The notes below the pieces were generated by a model. It had not been told where the DNA came from, made no database searches, and saw only the letters and a list, made by a program, of their open reading frames with translations. A stretch of 64,000 nucleotides of DNA from assembly GCA_002269645.1 (NCBI GenBank), contig NIVC01000731.1, positions 310,001 through 374,000 on the forward strand, written 5' to 3'. This document shows, one piece after another, positions 35,801 through 50,800 of the stretch. Numbering within the stretch: position 1 is the first letter of the stretch; every line of letters starts with the position of its first letter. A program made the position numbers and the translations under genes. Source of the DNA: Macrostomum lignano. Lineage: Eukaryota.

Positions 35801-38800
35801 AACGCCCGGAACTTCTACCGTCTGTGAGGAGTGGACCGACTGGATCAACCTGGACAACCCGTCTACCGGTGAAGGCGACATCGAGACCATCGACAAGGCC
35901 AGAGACCGCTGGCCCGGATTCTGTCCTCAGCCAATCAGCATCCAGTGCAGAGACTCCGACAGCAAGAAGGACGTCACCGACATTCCTCAGGAGCTCATCT
36001 GCGATGTGAACCAGGGCCTTGTGTGCAAGAACGAGCACCAGTACCCGACCAAGTGCCATGACTACGAGGTCCGCTACTTCTGCGAGTGCTTCGGTAGGTT
36101 TCTCTCTGTTTTCTCTCTGTCGGGCTGCCTAGACTATTTTTGTCCCTGATTCCAAATACCTTATCGTTACCATCTCTTAAAAAGATACGTTCTACGCTCC
36201 TACACCTAGTAGACTTTGCATGTCACAACAGAATTTAATGTAATTTAAAATTACGAGCAAGTAAACATTTTCTGTATTCTAACTATTATCAGATAATTTA
36301 CGTAGCTTAGATAAACTTAATCTTGTGCTCAACGACTAATGAAATGAGGCTTAACTTGAAGGTTTACAACCGCAAGAAATTTGAATTTCAGAGACGCAGA
36401 CTCCTTCAAAATCAACAAGGACTTCGAGCCCTTCAACTGCGTCTCAGTCTCCAGAGACTCCGAGCCCGAGAACTCCGTCTCAGTCTCCAGAGACTCCGAG
36501 CCCGAGAACTCCGTCTGAGTCGCCAGAGACTCCGAGTCCGAGAACTCCGTCTCAGTCTCCAGAGACTCCGAGCCCGAGAACTCCGTCGCCGTACACGCCT
36601 TCGGCAACGCCCGGAACTTCTACCGTCTGTGAGGAGTGGACCGACTGGATCAACCTCGACAACCCGTCTACCGGTGAGGGCGACATCGAGACCATCGACA
36701 AGGCCAGAGACCGCTGGCCCGGATTCTGTCCGCAACCAATCAGCATCCAGTGCAGAGACTCCGACAGCAAGAAGGACGTCACCGATATTCCTCAGGAGCT
36801 CATCTGCGATGTGAACCAGGGCCTTGTGTGCAAGAACGAGCACCAGTACCCGACCAAGTGCCTTGACTACGAGGTCCGCTACTTCTGCGAGTGCTTCGGT
36901 GAGTAATCGTTTATTCGGCATGATGTTTTGAATAGCGGGAAGTTGGCTCAATTTAATATTTTTATGTTAACGGTAACTACTCTGAGGGTCTAGTTGGACT
37001 AAATTTGAACATATGCAGGGATCTAATGTTTCAATATTTTTTCCATAAATGTTTGTACCTGAAGGCTGTTGATGCATGCATCCCAAGACAATAGCTCAAA
37101 CGAGTAGCAGCTTGAGTAAAAGTAAGCATTGTATAACGCCGCAAAACAGTTGCTAAAATCTTGTGTGAGTTTTTCAATAAATAAGATAATAGAAATTCCT
37201 GATGTTATAAAATGACTTCCTGCCGTTTTTAGAGACAGAAAGTGTGGCGACAACACGAAGTTCACAAGGAACACAAAGTACTGAAAGTACGCCATTCACG
37301 TCACCCAACGGCTCCTCGACAACACCGCAAACTGCGACGGCGACTTTTATGACTTCAGAAAGAACGCAAGCAACGCCTGAGTCCAGTACAACAGCTGAGC
37401 CTCAGGAGCCATCCTCATCTGCTCAAACGCGCACTACTTGGCCAGGAATCAGCCCCACAAAAACATCACCGGGACTGATTACCGATACTCCCGTTCCTTG
37501 CATTCAAACGGCGCCAACATTCCGGGTATTCAACAATGGAGAAAGAATTTTTCACAGTGCTGCTGATTTGATTAGGAAAAGCAAGTTGAACTGCCAGTAT
37601 ATTGTAAACTTGGAATGCGACGCTACAGATGGCAGCGACGCTAGAGTGGACTGCAGCAAAACCAATGGTTTTACTTGCAACCCGATGCTTCAAATGTTTC
37701 ATGAATGTCCGGCGTTTGACATCAGTTTGACCTGCCTGCTAGACTCTGACCACTGCAGAAATGCTACTTCAACACTACCTGCAACGCCTTCCGAGCCAGG
37801 CATTTCGTCAACGCCAAATGAGGCATCAAGCCCACGAACTCCGTCTGAGTCGCCAGAGACTCCGAGCCCGAGAACTCCGTCTCAGTCTCCAGAGACTCCG
37901 AGCCCGAGAACTCCGTCTCAGTCTCCAGAGACTCCGAGCCCGAGAACTCCGTCTCAGTCGCCAGAGACTCCGAGCCCGAGAACTCCGTCTCAGTCTCCAG
38001 AGACTCCGAGCCCGAGAACTCCGTCTCAGTCTCCAGAGACTCCGAGCCCACGAACTCCGTCTCAGTCTCCAGAGACTCCGAGCCCGAGAACTCCGTCTCA
38101 GTCTCCAGAGACTCCGAGCCCGAGAACTCCGTCTCAGTCTCCAGAGACTCCGAGCCCGAGAACTCCGTCGCCGTACACGCCTTCTGCAACGCCCGGAACT
38201 TCTACCGTCTGTGAGGAGTGGACCGACTGGATCAACCTGGACAACCCGTCGACCGGTGAAGGCGACATCGAGACCATCGACAAGGCCAGAGACCGCTGGC
38301 CCGGATTCTGTCCTCAGCCAATCAGCATCCAGTGCAGAGACTCCGACAGCAAGAAGGACGTCACCGACATTCCTCAGGAGCTCATCTGCGATGTGAACCA
38401 GGGCCTTGTGTGCAAGAACGAGCACCAGTACCCGACCAAGTGCCTTGACTTCGAGGTCCGCTACTTCTGCGAGTGCTTCGGTGAGCATTTGTTCAGTTTG
38501 AACTAAAATTTGACGATAACTACCCTGATTTTGAAGTATCATTCGGCCTGTGTTAATTAGTTGTAAACAGCCACACTACGCTTGTAAGACACCCTTTGTT
38601 TTATTGCACTGCGACTTGCTCTCACACCTCGCATTGTCGCTCGTAGCGCACATTACGTGCACAATTTTAAAACTTTTTATTGACTGCCAGCATTCGGGCG
38701 GAGCAGTGCAGCGGTAAAGAAATTTAATAGACCTGAAACCTTTAGCAAATTAAACTAAGCTTTAAATTTTATTCAGCTTCATCAGCTGTCTGATAAAGTA

Positions 38801-41800
38801 AACTGCCAGAGCAGATGATTGGTTTCCCAACAAGCGCGACCCACCGATGCCCAAAAGTTACTCGGAAGGAACAGAAAGTCGGCAAGTCCGGCAGACTGGG
38901 AGGAAAATTTAACAGAATCTGTCGGGCCAACAAACCAAGGCAATATTTTGCGCTACCAAAATTGCGCGAAAAACTGTCACAGCCACTACTCGTTTTGCTG
39001 TGATGATGAGGTCGCCTTTATGCCCCCATTTTAAACAAATTTAACTGCTTCGTATGACGCTGGATATATATACGAGTACCAGGATTGAAAGTTTGGAAAT
39101 TTTCATTTCAGAAACGCAGACTCCTACGGAATCAACAAGGACTCCGAGCCCTCGAACTCCGTCTCAGTCTCCAGAGACTCCGAGCCCAAGAACTCCGTCT
39201 CAGTCTCCAGAGACTCCGAGCCCAAGAACTCCGTCTCAGTCTCCAGAGACTCCGAGCCCGAGAACTCCGTCTCAGTCTCCAGAGACTCCGAGCCCAAGAA
39301 CTCCGTCTCAGTCTCCAGAGACTCCGAGCCCGAGAACTCCGTCTGAAGCACCGGAAACTCCGAGCCCGAGAACTCCGTCTGAAGCACCGGAAACTCCGAG
39401 CCCGAGAACTCCGTCTGAAGCACCGGAAACTCCGAGCCCGAGAACTCCGTCTCAGTCTCCAGAGACTCCGAGCCCGAGAACTCCGTCTCAGTCTCCAGAG
39501 ACTCTGAGCCCAATAACTCCGTCTGAGTCGCCAGAGACTCCGAGTCCGAGAACTCCGTCTCAGTCTCCAGAGACTCCGAGCCCGAGAACTCCGTCTCAGT
39601 CTCCAGAGACTCCGAGCCCGAGAACTCCGTCTGAAGCACCGGAAACTCCGAGCCCGAGAACTCCGTCTCAGTCTTCAGAGACTCCGAGCCCGAGAACTCC
39701 GTCTCAGTCTCCAGAGACTCCGAGCCCAAGAACTCCGTCTGAGTCGCCAGAGACTCCGAGCCCAAGAACTCCGTCTCAGTCTCCAGAGACTCCGAGCCCG
39801 AGAACTCCGTCTCAGTCTCCAGAGACTCCGAGCCCAAGAACTCCGTCACCATACACGCCTTCTGCAACGCCCGGAACTTCTACCGTCTGTGAGGAGTGGA
39901 CCGACTGGATCAACCTCGACAACCCGTCTACCGGTGAGGGCGACATCGAGACCATCGACAAGGCCAGAGACCGCTGGCCCGGATTCTGTCCTCAGCCAAT
40001 CAGCATCCAGTGCAGAGACTCCGACAGCAAGAAGGACGTCACCGACATTCCTCAGGAGCTCATCTGCGATGTGAACCAGGGCCTTGTGTGCAAGAACGAG
40101 CACCAGTACCCGACCAAGTGCCTTGACTTCGAGGTCCGCTACTTCTGCGAGTGCTTTGGTGAGCTTTTACGTTTCATCCTTGACTTTTTTTTGCATGCTG
40201 TAAGTCTGAAGGTTTTGATATCTTGGAGGGAAATTGTCCTCAGTGAAATTCTTTTCAGCTGCTCTTCATTCCAAGCGGGCCTTTACCGGTATAAGAAAAA
40301 ATTAGAATTTCAAAAAATCGAATATGTGAGAAAAGAAGCATTTTTGCAGATACGCATAGCTTTTTAGGAGTTTGAATCACGGCAAACACTTTGGTGGGTT
40401 TTATGTGAGCGTTTTTTGCATTTTGCGTAGTTTGACGTTTTAAAAATATAGTACTGCTTTGTACGCTCGTAGATGTGAAAACAACAGAGCTATCGCGCGA
40501 GGAAGAACTGCTGGTACAGACACTCATCTGTATCATTCTCGCCTTACAGATTTCCGCACACAACCTACCAGACCAACTGAAAATAGCTCTACATCCTCAA
40601 GACTACCAGAGGAGAGCACCACATCGCCAAGAGTACCAGAGGAGAGCACCACATCGCCAAGAGCACCAGAGGAGAGCACCACATCGCCAAGAGTACCAGA
40701 GGAGAGCACCACATCGCCAAGAGCACCAGAGGAGAGCACCACATCGCCAAGAGTACCAGAGGAGAGCACCACATCGCCAAGAGTACCAGAGGAGAGCACC
40801 ACATCGCCAAGAGCACCAGAGGAGAGCACCACATCGCCAAGAGTACCAGAGGAGAGCACCACATCGCCAAGAGTACCAGAGGAGAGCACCACATCGCCAA
40901 GAGTACCAGAGGAGAGCACCACATCGCCAAGAGTACCAGAGGAGAGCACCACATCGCCAAGAGCACCAGAGGAGAGCACCACATCGCCAAGAGCACCAGA
41001 GGAGAGCTCTACATCGCCAAGAGCACCAGAGGAGAGCTCTACATCCCCAAGAGTACCAGAGGAGAGCTCTACATCCCCAAGAGTACCAGAGGAGAGCTCT
41101 ACATCCTCAAGAGTACCAGAGGAGAGCACCACATCGCCAAGAGCACCAGAGGAGAGCTCACCATCCAAAGCCACTGGATTAACTGGTTTTACCACGACAC
41201 CCGAGCGAGAAGGCCCCTCTCCAACTACATCCGTCTGCGAGGAGTGGACCCCATGGATAAACCTTGACCGGCCCAGCACAGGCCATGGCGACGTGGAGAC
41301 CATGGAGAAGGCCAGACGCAAATGGCCGAACTTCTGTCCAAAGCCAATGAAAATCCAGTGCAGAGACGCAGGCAGCAAGATTTCAGTTGACCAGGTGTCT
41401 CAGGAGCTGCTCTGCGATCTGGAGCACGGCCTGCTGTGCATCAATGAGAACCAGTACCCGAACAACTGCAACGACTATGAAATCCGATTCTACTGCGACT
41501 GCTACGGTGAGTCCAACCAGTGCCAATGTGTTGAGAGTTGCAACTCCGACCAGTGTTTTTTCAACTCTAATCTCAATTACAATACCTTGATTAATTTTTA
41601 CCATTCTGGCTACAGTTCAACAGCGCTCTATGAGTCGCTATCAATTAGAGAGGCGTAGACAAAATATTTTTATCTACTCGTTTCAAAGGCTGATAAAGAG
41701 GTATTGATAGTTAACTTACCGACCAAGTATTTGATCAGATAAGCATGCAGTGTAATATACAGAGTGCCGGCCTCATGGCAAGGCTCTGTGCGCGCTGATT

Positions 41801-44800
41801 GTCTCACTGAATGCTCAGGTTTTGAGCAGCACATATAAAATTTCATTAAAAACCCAAAACATTCTTGTTATAACATTCGGGCATGCCACAATATATGAGC
41901 GTAAATTTAGATTAATCACTCTCCCCTCTTCACTGCGGTCCAAATCTGTCCCTACTCATAGGATAAGTAGTAGAATTCGCATGTTTAAAGACAATTTCTC
42001 TCGAGTGCGTAAAAAATTAAATTGGAAGGAAGGAAACTCGTGTGCCTGTTCATGGGCTGGCACAGGCCTGCCTGTTCATGGGCTGGCACACGCCTGTCTG
42101 TTCATGGGCTGGCACAGGCCTGTCTGTTCATGGGCTGGCACAGGCCTGTCTGTTCATGGGCTGGCACAGGCCTGTCTGTTCATGGGCTGGCACAGGCCTG
42201 TCTGTTCATGGGCTGGCACAGGCCTGTCTGTTCATGGGCTGGCACACGCCTGCCTCTTCATGGGCTGGCACACGCCTGCCTGTTCATGGGCTGGCACAGG
42301 CCTGCCTCTTCATGGGCTGGCACAGGCCTGTCTGTTCATGGGCTGGCACAGGCCTGTCTGTTCATGGGCTGGCACAGGCCTGCCTCTTCATGGGCTGGCA
42401 CAGGCCTGTCTGTTCATGGGCTGGCACAGGCCTGCCTGTTCATGGGCTGGCACACGCCTGCCTGTTCAACTGGGCCTTCTCAAGACTAAAATTTCTACAG
42501 TTCTCCAAGTTTCTAAAGGTTTTAGAGAGCTTTCTACAGTTGATTAAGGAAAAAATATGATTAAACTACCTGTAAAATATGATTTGTGAAGTGAAAAATC
42601 CAGTTAATACATCATCTGAGGCGCACTTCTAAATACCGTGAATTAGATCTGACTGGATTCACAAACATCAGGTTCCAATACAGATGAAGCCTCGCATAGG
42701 ACTCCAATCTTGTAGATTAGAGTTCCTCCAAAAGATTGCTGCGAGAACACGTTGAAATTTACATGAACTGAACTGGGCAACTTCGTTATGAACGCCAAGC
42801 CAAGAAAAACTACCGAGTAATATTCTACTTCTAATCCTTCTTGAAAGTAATCACAAAAATATATTCAATAGCAAATATGAGTAAATATTCTGATTAAAAA
42901 TCTAAGTTAAACATTTTACAAAGTTACATACTCGTAATGATGGAGTAAAATTTAAGGCCCAACAATACTTTAAAATTTTCAGAAAAAGATATTTCAACAT
43001 CACCGTCTCAGTCACCGGAAACTCCGAGCCCGAGAACTCCGTCTCAGTCTCCAGGGACTCCAAGCCCAAGAACTCCGTCTCAGTCGCCAGAGACTCCGAG
43101 CCCAAGAACTCCGTCTCAGTCTCCAGAGACTCCGAGCCCAAGAACTCCGTCTCAGTCTCCAGAGACTCCGAGCCCGAGAACTCCGTCTCAGTCTCCAGAG
43201 ACTCCAAGCTCACGAACTCCGTCTCAGTCTCCAGAGACTCCGAGCCCAAGAACTCCGTCTCAGTCTCCAGAGACTCCAAGCCCGAGAACTCCGTCTCAGT
43301 CTCCAGAGACTCCGAGCCCAAGAACTCCGTCTCAGTCTCCAGAGACTCCGAGCCCGAGAACTCCGTCTCAGTCTCCAGAGACTCCGAGCCCGAGAACTCC
43401 GTCTCAGTCTCCAGAGACTCCGAGCCCGAGAACTCCGTCGCCATACACGCCTTCTGCAACGCCCGGAACTTCTACCGTCTGTGAGGAGTGGACCGACTGG
43501 ATCAACCTGGACAACCCGTCTACCGGTGAGGGCGACATCGAGACCATCGACAAGGCCAGAGACCGCTGGCCCGGATTCTGTCCTCAGCCAATCAGCATCC
43601 AGTGCAGAGACTCCGACAGCAAGAAGGACGTCACCGACATTCCTCAGGAGCTCATCTGCGATGTGAACCAGGGCCTTGTGTGCAAGAACGAGCACCAGTA
43701 CCCGACCAAGTGCCTTGACTTCGAGGTCCGCTACTTCTGCGAGTGCTTCGGTAGGTTTCTCTCCGGTTTGGTAATATCTTGAATATTTTTATGATCAGCT
43801 CCTCTTGCCTCATCGTTCTACACCTACTTGACTGCACTGCGCGTTGCACAGCAGAGTTAGGTGTTATTCTTAGGTAGAGGCACGTACAGGTTATTAGGAT
43901 AAGCCGTGTTTGTAAACAGTTAACAGCAGAGAGTTATGTATTTGGATCGAGTCGAAACAAGAGAGTTGAAAAGCGTATTGCAGTTGAAGTTGCTCTTCAA
44001 GCGACATCTGCGGGGAATTCAGCAATAGACAATAGCTGTTTAATATTAAGAAGCATTCTAGAATATTCCATACGTGGAAGGTGAATCTGCTTATTAAATC
44101 AGAAGCTAATTTTAACAAAGCGAAATAAACATTACGTAAATATAATTAGAACATTAATACTTAAGTGATAATTAATTATTTACTATTTATATGCGTATGT
44201 TATAGATTAGCTGCTAAACTCAAAGAAGTTTCTGGAAATAGTTTTTGACTTTTAGAAATCTGAAGACATTTCGGGAAAGTCATAAAGTACGCTACAATAT
44301 AAACACTTGGGATAAGCACTTGGGGTCTTAGGCATAGATAAAGTATACTTTACTATGGTCTTAGGAGATAAGTTCGCAGTGTGCGATAGACTGAAGTCAA
44401 TGTACACCCGCTACTCCACGGTCTCCACCCCCAAAGTTGTTTCTCGTCCCCTCGCAAGTCAACCACCCCATGCAGGCTATCTATGTAGTATAATGTACAT
44501 TCCTGCTGACCCTGCCGCCGTTTAAGTGAAGCAAGCAACCTCATTTCTTCCCCCACCATCCCAAATTTATCGATCGCTTCTGACTGCGCGCTGCGGAATG
44601 TTATTCCTTCATCCATGGCGCACCACAGACACTAGAATAACTAGATGGGCTACTCAGCACATTTGCGTGCAAGCTACTTTCAGTTCAGTAGTAAGTTAAA
44701 TAGAAACATATTAATGTATTTTTAAAGCCAAGGCTCTTTAACTGGCTATTACCCCCCCCCCAGCTTAAACCCTCCAACCGCGCTTTTCCACACCACCCGC

Positions 44801-47800
44801 CGCCACGCCCCACCCCAATTTTTATTGCCTTTCTCGGAATTCCAGCCTAAAGCTGGCATGTACATTTCAGTTGGACTGGCTGATGCACATTACTGCTTAA
44901 CCAATTAGCAAGTTGTTTACGCCTGCAAGCTTGGGCTTCCTAACTTACCAAAGTCATTTTACTAGCCTTTTTTTACATAAAATAGCTTATGCATTCTTCT
45001 TTGCTACTGAACTGAAAGTAGAAAGCTGTTTTACGAGTACTAAGTATGAATTAAAGGCCAGCGAGGTCGTTTGAAAACACAACAGCTAATAACTAGTAAT
45101 TTCAACTGTATAAAGCTACATAAGATGATTTTTTACCAAGCAAAAGAAATTTGAATTTCAGAGACGCAGACTCCTTCCGAATCAACAAGGACTCCAAGCC
45201 CGCGAACGCCGTCTCAGTCTCCAGAGACTCCAAGCCCGCGAACGCCGTCTCAGTCTCCAGAGACTCCGAGCCCGAGAACTCCGTCTCAGTCTCCAGAGAC
45301 TCCGAGCCCGAGAACTCCGTCTGAAGCACCGGAAACTCCGAGCCCGAGAACTCCGTCTCAGTCTTCAGAGACTCCGAGCCCGAGAACTCCGTCTCAGTCT
45401 CCAGAGACTCCGAGCCCAAGAACTCCGTCTGAGTCGCCAGAGACTCCGAGCCCAAGAACTCCGTCTCAGTCTCCAGAGACTCCGAGCCCGAGAACTCCGT
45501 CTCAGTCTCCAGAGACTCCGAGCCCAAGAACTCCGTCACCATACACGCCTTCTGCAACGCCCGGAACTTCTACCGTCTGTGAGGAGTGGACCGACTGGAT
45601 CAACCTGGACAACCCGTCGACCGGTGAAGGCGACATCGAGACCATCGACAAGGCCAGAGACCGCTGGCCCGGATTCTGTCCTCAGCCAATCAGCATCCAG
45701 TGCAGAGACTCCGACAGCAAGAAGGACGTCACCGACATTCCTCAGGAGCTCATCTGCGATGTGAACCAGGGCCTTGTGTGCAAGAACGAGCACCAGTACC
45801 CGACCAAGTGCCTTGACTTCGAGGTCCGCTACTTCTGCGAGTGCTTCGGTGAGCATTTGTTCAGTTTGAACTAAAATTTGACGATAACTACCCTGATTTT
45901 GAAGTATCATTCGGCCTGTGTTAATTAGTTGTAAACAGCCACACTACGCTTGTAAGACACCCTTTGTTTTATTACACTGCGACTTGCTCTCACACCTCGC
46001 ATTGTCGCTCGTAGCGCACATTACGTGCACAATTTTAAAACTTTTTATTGACTGCCAGCATTCGGGCGGAGCAGTGCAGCGGTAAAGAAATTTAATAGAC
46101 CTGAAACCTTTAGCAAATTAAACTAAGCTTTAAATTTTATTCAGCTTCATCAGCTGTCTGATAAAGTAAACTGCCAGAGCAGATGATTGGTTTCCCAACA
46201 AGCGCGACCCACCGATGCCCAAAAGTTACTCGGAAGGAACAGAAAGTCGGCAAGTCCGGCAGACTGGGAGGAAAATTTAACAGAATCTGTCGGGCCAACA
46301 AACCAAGGCAATATTTTGCGCTACCAAAATTGCGCGAAAAACTGTCACAGCCACTACTCGTTTTGCTGTGATGATGAGGTCGCCTTTATGCCCCCATTTT
46401 AAACAAATTTAACTGCTTCGTATGACGCTGGATATATATACGAGTACCAGGATTGAAAGTTTGGAAATTTTCATTTCAGAAACGCAGACTCCTACGGAAT
46501 CAACAAGGACTCCGAGCCCTCGAACTCCGTCTCAGTCTCCAGAGACTCCGAGCCCAAGAACTCCGTCTCAGTCTCCAGAGACTCCGAGCCCAAGAACTCC
46601 GTCTCAGTCTCCAGAGACTCCGAGCCCGAGAACTCCGTCTCAGTCTCCAGAGACTCCGAGCCCAAGAACTCCGTCTCAGTCTCCAGAGACTCCGAGCCCG
46701 AGAACTCCGTCTGAAGCACCGGAAACTCCGAGCCCGAGAACTCCGTCTGAAGCACCGGAAACTCCGAGCCCGAGAACTCCGTCTGAAGCACCGGAAACTC
46801 CGAGCCCGAGAACTCCGTCTCAGTCTCCAGAGACTCCGAGCCCGAGAACTCCGTCTCAGTCTCCAGAGACTCTGAGCCCAATAACTCCGTCTGAGTCGCC
46901 AGAGACTCCGAGTCCGAGAACTCCGTCTCAGTCTCCAGAGACTCCGAGCCCGAGAACTCCGTCTCAGTCTCCAGAGACTCCGAGCCCGAGAACTCCGTCT
47001 GAAGCACCGGAAACTCCGAGCCCGAGAACTCCGTCTCAGTCTTCAGAGACTCCGAGCCCGAGAACTCCGTCTCAGTCTCCAGAGACTCCGAGCCCAAGAA
47101 CTCCGTCTGAGTCGCCAGAGACTCCGAGCCCAAGAACTCCGTCTCAGTCTCCAGAGACTCCGAGCCCGAGAACTCCGTCTCAGTCTCCAGAGACTCCGAG
47201 CCCAAGAACTCCGTCACCATACACGCCTTCTGCAACGCCCGGAACTTCTACCGTCTGTGAGGAGTGGACCGACTGGATCAACCTCGACAACCCGTCTACC
47301 GGTGAGGGCGACATCGAGACCATCGACAAGGCCAGAGACCGCTGGCCCGGATTCTGTCCTCAGCCAATCAGCATCCAGTGCAGAGACTCCGACAGCAAGA
47401 AGGACGTCACCGACATTCCTCAGGAGCTCATCTGCGATGTGAACCAGGGCCTTGTGTGCAAGAACGAGCACCAGTACCCGACCAAGTGCCTTGACTTCGA
47501 GGTCCGCTACTTCTGCGAGTGCTTTGGTGAGCTTTTACGTTTCATCCTTGACTTTTTTTTGCATGCTGTAAGTCTGAAGGTTTTGATATCTTGGAGGGAA
47601 ATTGTCCTCAGTGAAATTCTTTTCAGCTGCTCTTCATTCCAAGCGGGCCTTTACCGGTATAAGAAAAAATTAGAATTTCAAAAAATCGAATATGTGAGAA
47701 AAGAAGCATTTTTGCAGATACGCATAGCTTTTTAGGAGTTTGAATCACGGCAAACACTTTGGTGGGTTTTATGTGAGCGTTTTTTGCATTTTGCGTAGTT

Positions 47801-50800
47801 TGACGTTTTAAAAATATAGTACTGCTTTGTACGCTCGTAGATGTGAAAACAACAGAGCTATCGCGCGAGGAAGAACTGCTGGTACAGACACTCATCTGTA
47901 TCATTCTCGCCTTACAGATTTCCGCACACAACCTACCAGACCAACTGAAAATAGCTCTACATCCTCAAGACTACCAGAGGAGAGCACCACATCGCCAAGA
48001 GTACCAGAGGAGAGCACCACATCGCCAAGAGCACCAGAGGAGAGCACCACATCGCCAAGAGTACCAGAGGAGAGCACCACATCGCCAAGAGCACCAGAGG
48101 AGAGCACCACATCGCCAAGAGTACCAGAGGAGAGCACCACATCGCCAAGAGTACCAGAGGAGAGCACCACATCGCCAAGAGCACCAGAGGAGAGCACCAC
48201 ATCGCCAAGAGTACCAGAGGAGAGCACCACATCGCCAAGAGTACCAGAGGAGAGCACCACATCGCCAAGAGTACCAGAGGAGAGCACCACATCGCCAAGA
48301 GTACCAGAGGAGAGCACCACATCGCCAAGAGCACCAGAGGAGAGCACCACATCGCCAAGAGCACCAGAGGAGAGCTCTACATCGCCAAGAGCACCAGAGG
48401 AGAGCTCTACATCCCCAAGAGTACCAGAGGAGAGCTCTACATCCCCAAGAGTACCAGAGGAGAGCTCTACATCCTCAAGAGTACCAGAGGAGAGCACCAC
48501 ATCGCCAAGAGCACCAGAGGAGAGCTCACCATCCAAAGCCACTGGATTAACTGGTTTTACCACGACACCCGAGCGAGAAGGCCCCTCTCCAACTACATCC
48601 GTCTGCGAGGAGTGGACCCCATGGATAAACCTTGACCGGCCCAGCACAGGCCATGGCGACGTGGAGACCATGGAGAAGGCCAGACGCAAATGGCCGAACT
48701 TCTGTCCAAAGCCAATGAAAATCCAGTGCAGAGACGCAGGCAGCAAGATTTCAGTTGACCAGGTGTCTCAGGAGCTGCTCTGCGATCTGGAGCACGGCCT
48801 GCTGTGCATCAATGAGAACCAGTACCCGAACAACTGCAACGACTATGAAATCCGATTCTACTGCGACTGCTACGGTGAGTCCAACCAGTGCCAATGTGTT
48901 GAGAGTTGCAACTCCGACCAGTGTTTTTTCAACTCTAATCTCAATTACAATACCTTGATTAATTTTTACCATTCTGGCTACAGTTCAACAGCGCTCTATG
49001 AGTCGCTATCAATTAGAGAGGCGTAGACAAAATATTTTTATCTACTCGTTTCAAAGGCTGATAAAGAGGTATTGATAGTTAACTTACCGACCAAGTATTT
49101 GATCAGATAAGCATGCAGTGTAATATACAGAGTGCCGGCCTCATGGCAAGGCTCTGTGCGCGCTGATTGTCTCACTGAATGCTCAGGTTTTGAGCAGCAC
49201 ATATAAAATTTCATTAAAAACCCAAAACATTCTTGTTATAACATTCGGGCATGCCACAATATATGAGCGTAAATTTAGATTAATCACTCTCCCCTCTTCA
49301 CTGCGGTCCAAATCTGTCCCTACTCATAGGATAAGTAGTAGAATTCGCATGTTTAAAGACAATTTCTCTCGAGTGCGTAAAAAATTAAATTGGAAGGAAG
49401 GAAACTCGTGTGCCTGTTCATGGGCTGGCACAGGCCTGCCTGTTCATGGGCTGGCACACGCCTGTCTGTTCATGGGCTGGCACAGGCCTGTCTGTTCATG
49501 GGCTGGCACAGGCCTGTCTGTTCATGGGCTGGCACAGGCCTGTCTGTTCATGGGCTGGCACAGGCCTGTCTGTTCATGGGCTGGCACAGGCCTGTCTGTT
49601 CATGGGCTGGCACACGCCTGCCTCTTCATGGGCTGGCACACGCCTGCCTGTTCATGGGCTGGCACAGGCCTGCCTCTTCATGGGCTGGCACAGGCCTGTC
49701 TGTTCATGGGCTGGCACAGGCCTGTCTGTTCATGGGCTGGCACAGGCCTGCCTCTTCATGGGCTGGCACAGGCCTGTCTGTTCATGGGCTGGCACAGGCC
49801 TGCCTGTTCATGGGCTGGCACACGCCTGCCTGTTCAACTGGGCCTTCTCAAGACTAAAATTTCTACAGTTCTCCAAGTTTCTAAAGGTTTTAGAGAGCTT
49901 TCTACAGTTGATTAAGGAAAAAATATGATTAAACTACCTGTAAAATATGATTTGTGAAGTGAAAAATCCAGTTAATACATCATCTGAGGCGCACTTCTAA
50001 ATACCGTGAATTAGATCTGACTGGATTCACAAACATCAGGTTCCAATACAGATGAAGCCTCGCATAGGACTCCAATCTTGTAGATTAGAGTTCCTCCAAA
50101 AGATTGCTGCGAGAACACGTTGAAATTTACATGAACTGAACTGGGCAACTTCGTTATGAACGCCAAGCCAAGAAAAACTACCGAGTAATATTCTACTTCT
50201 AATCCTTCTTGAAAGTAATCACAAAAATATATTCAATAGCAAATATGAGTAAATATTCTGATTAAAAATCTAAGTTAAACATTTTACAAAGTTACATACT
50301 CGTAATGATGGAGTAAAATTTAAGGCCCAACAATACTTTAAAATTTTCAGAAAAAGATATTTCAACATCACCGTCTCAGTCACCGGAAACTCCGAGCCCG
50401 AGAACTCCGTCTCAGTCTCCAGAGACTCCGAGCCCGAGAACTCCGTCTCAGTCTCCAGGGACTCCAAGCCCAAGAACTCCGTCTCAGTCGCCAGAGACTC
50501 CGAGCCCAAGAACTCCGTCTCAGTCTCCAGAGACTCCGAGCCCGAGAACTCCGTCTCAGTCTCCAGAGACTCCAAGCTCACGAACTCCGTCTCAGTCTCC
50601 AGAGACTCCGAGCCCAAGAACTCCGTCTCAGTCTCCAGAGACTCCAAGCCCGAGAACTCCGTCTCAGTCTCCAGAGACTCCGAGCCCAAGAACTCCGTCT
50701 CAGTCTCCAGAGACTCCGAGCCCGAGAACTCCGTCTCAGTCTCCAGAGACTCCGAGCCCGAGAACTCCGTCTCAGTCTCCAGAGACTCCGAGCCCGAGAA

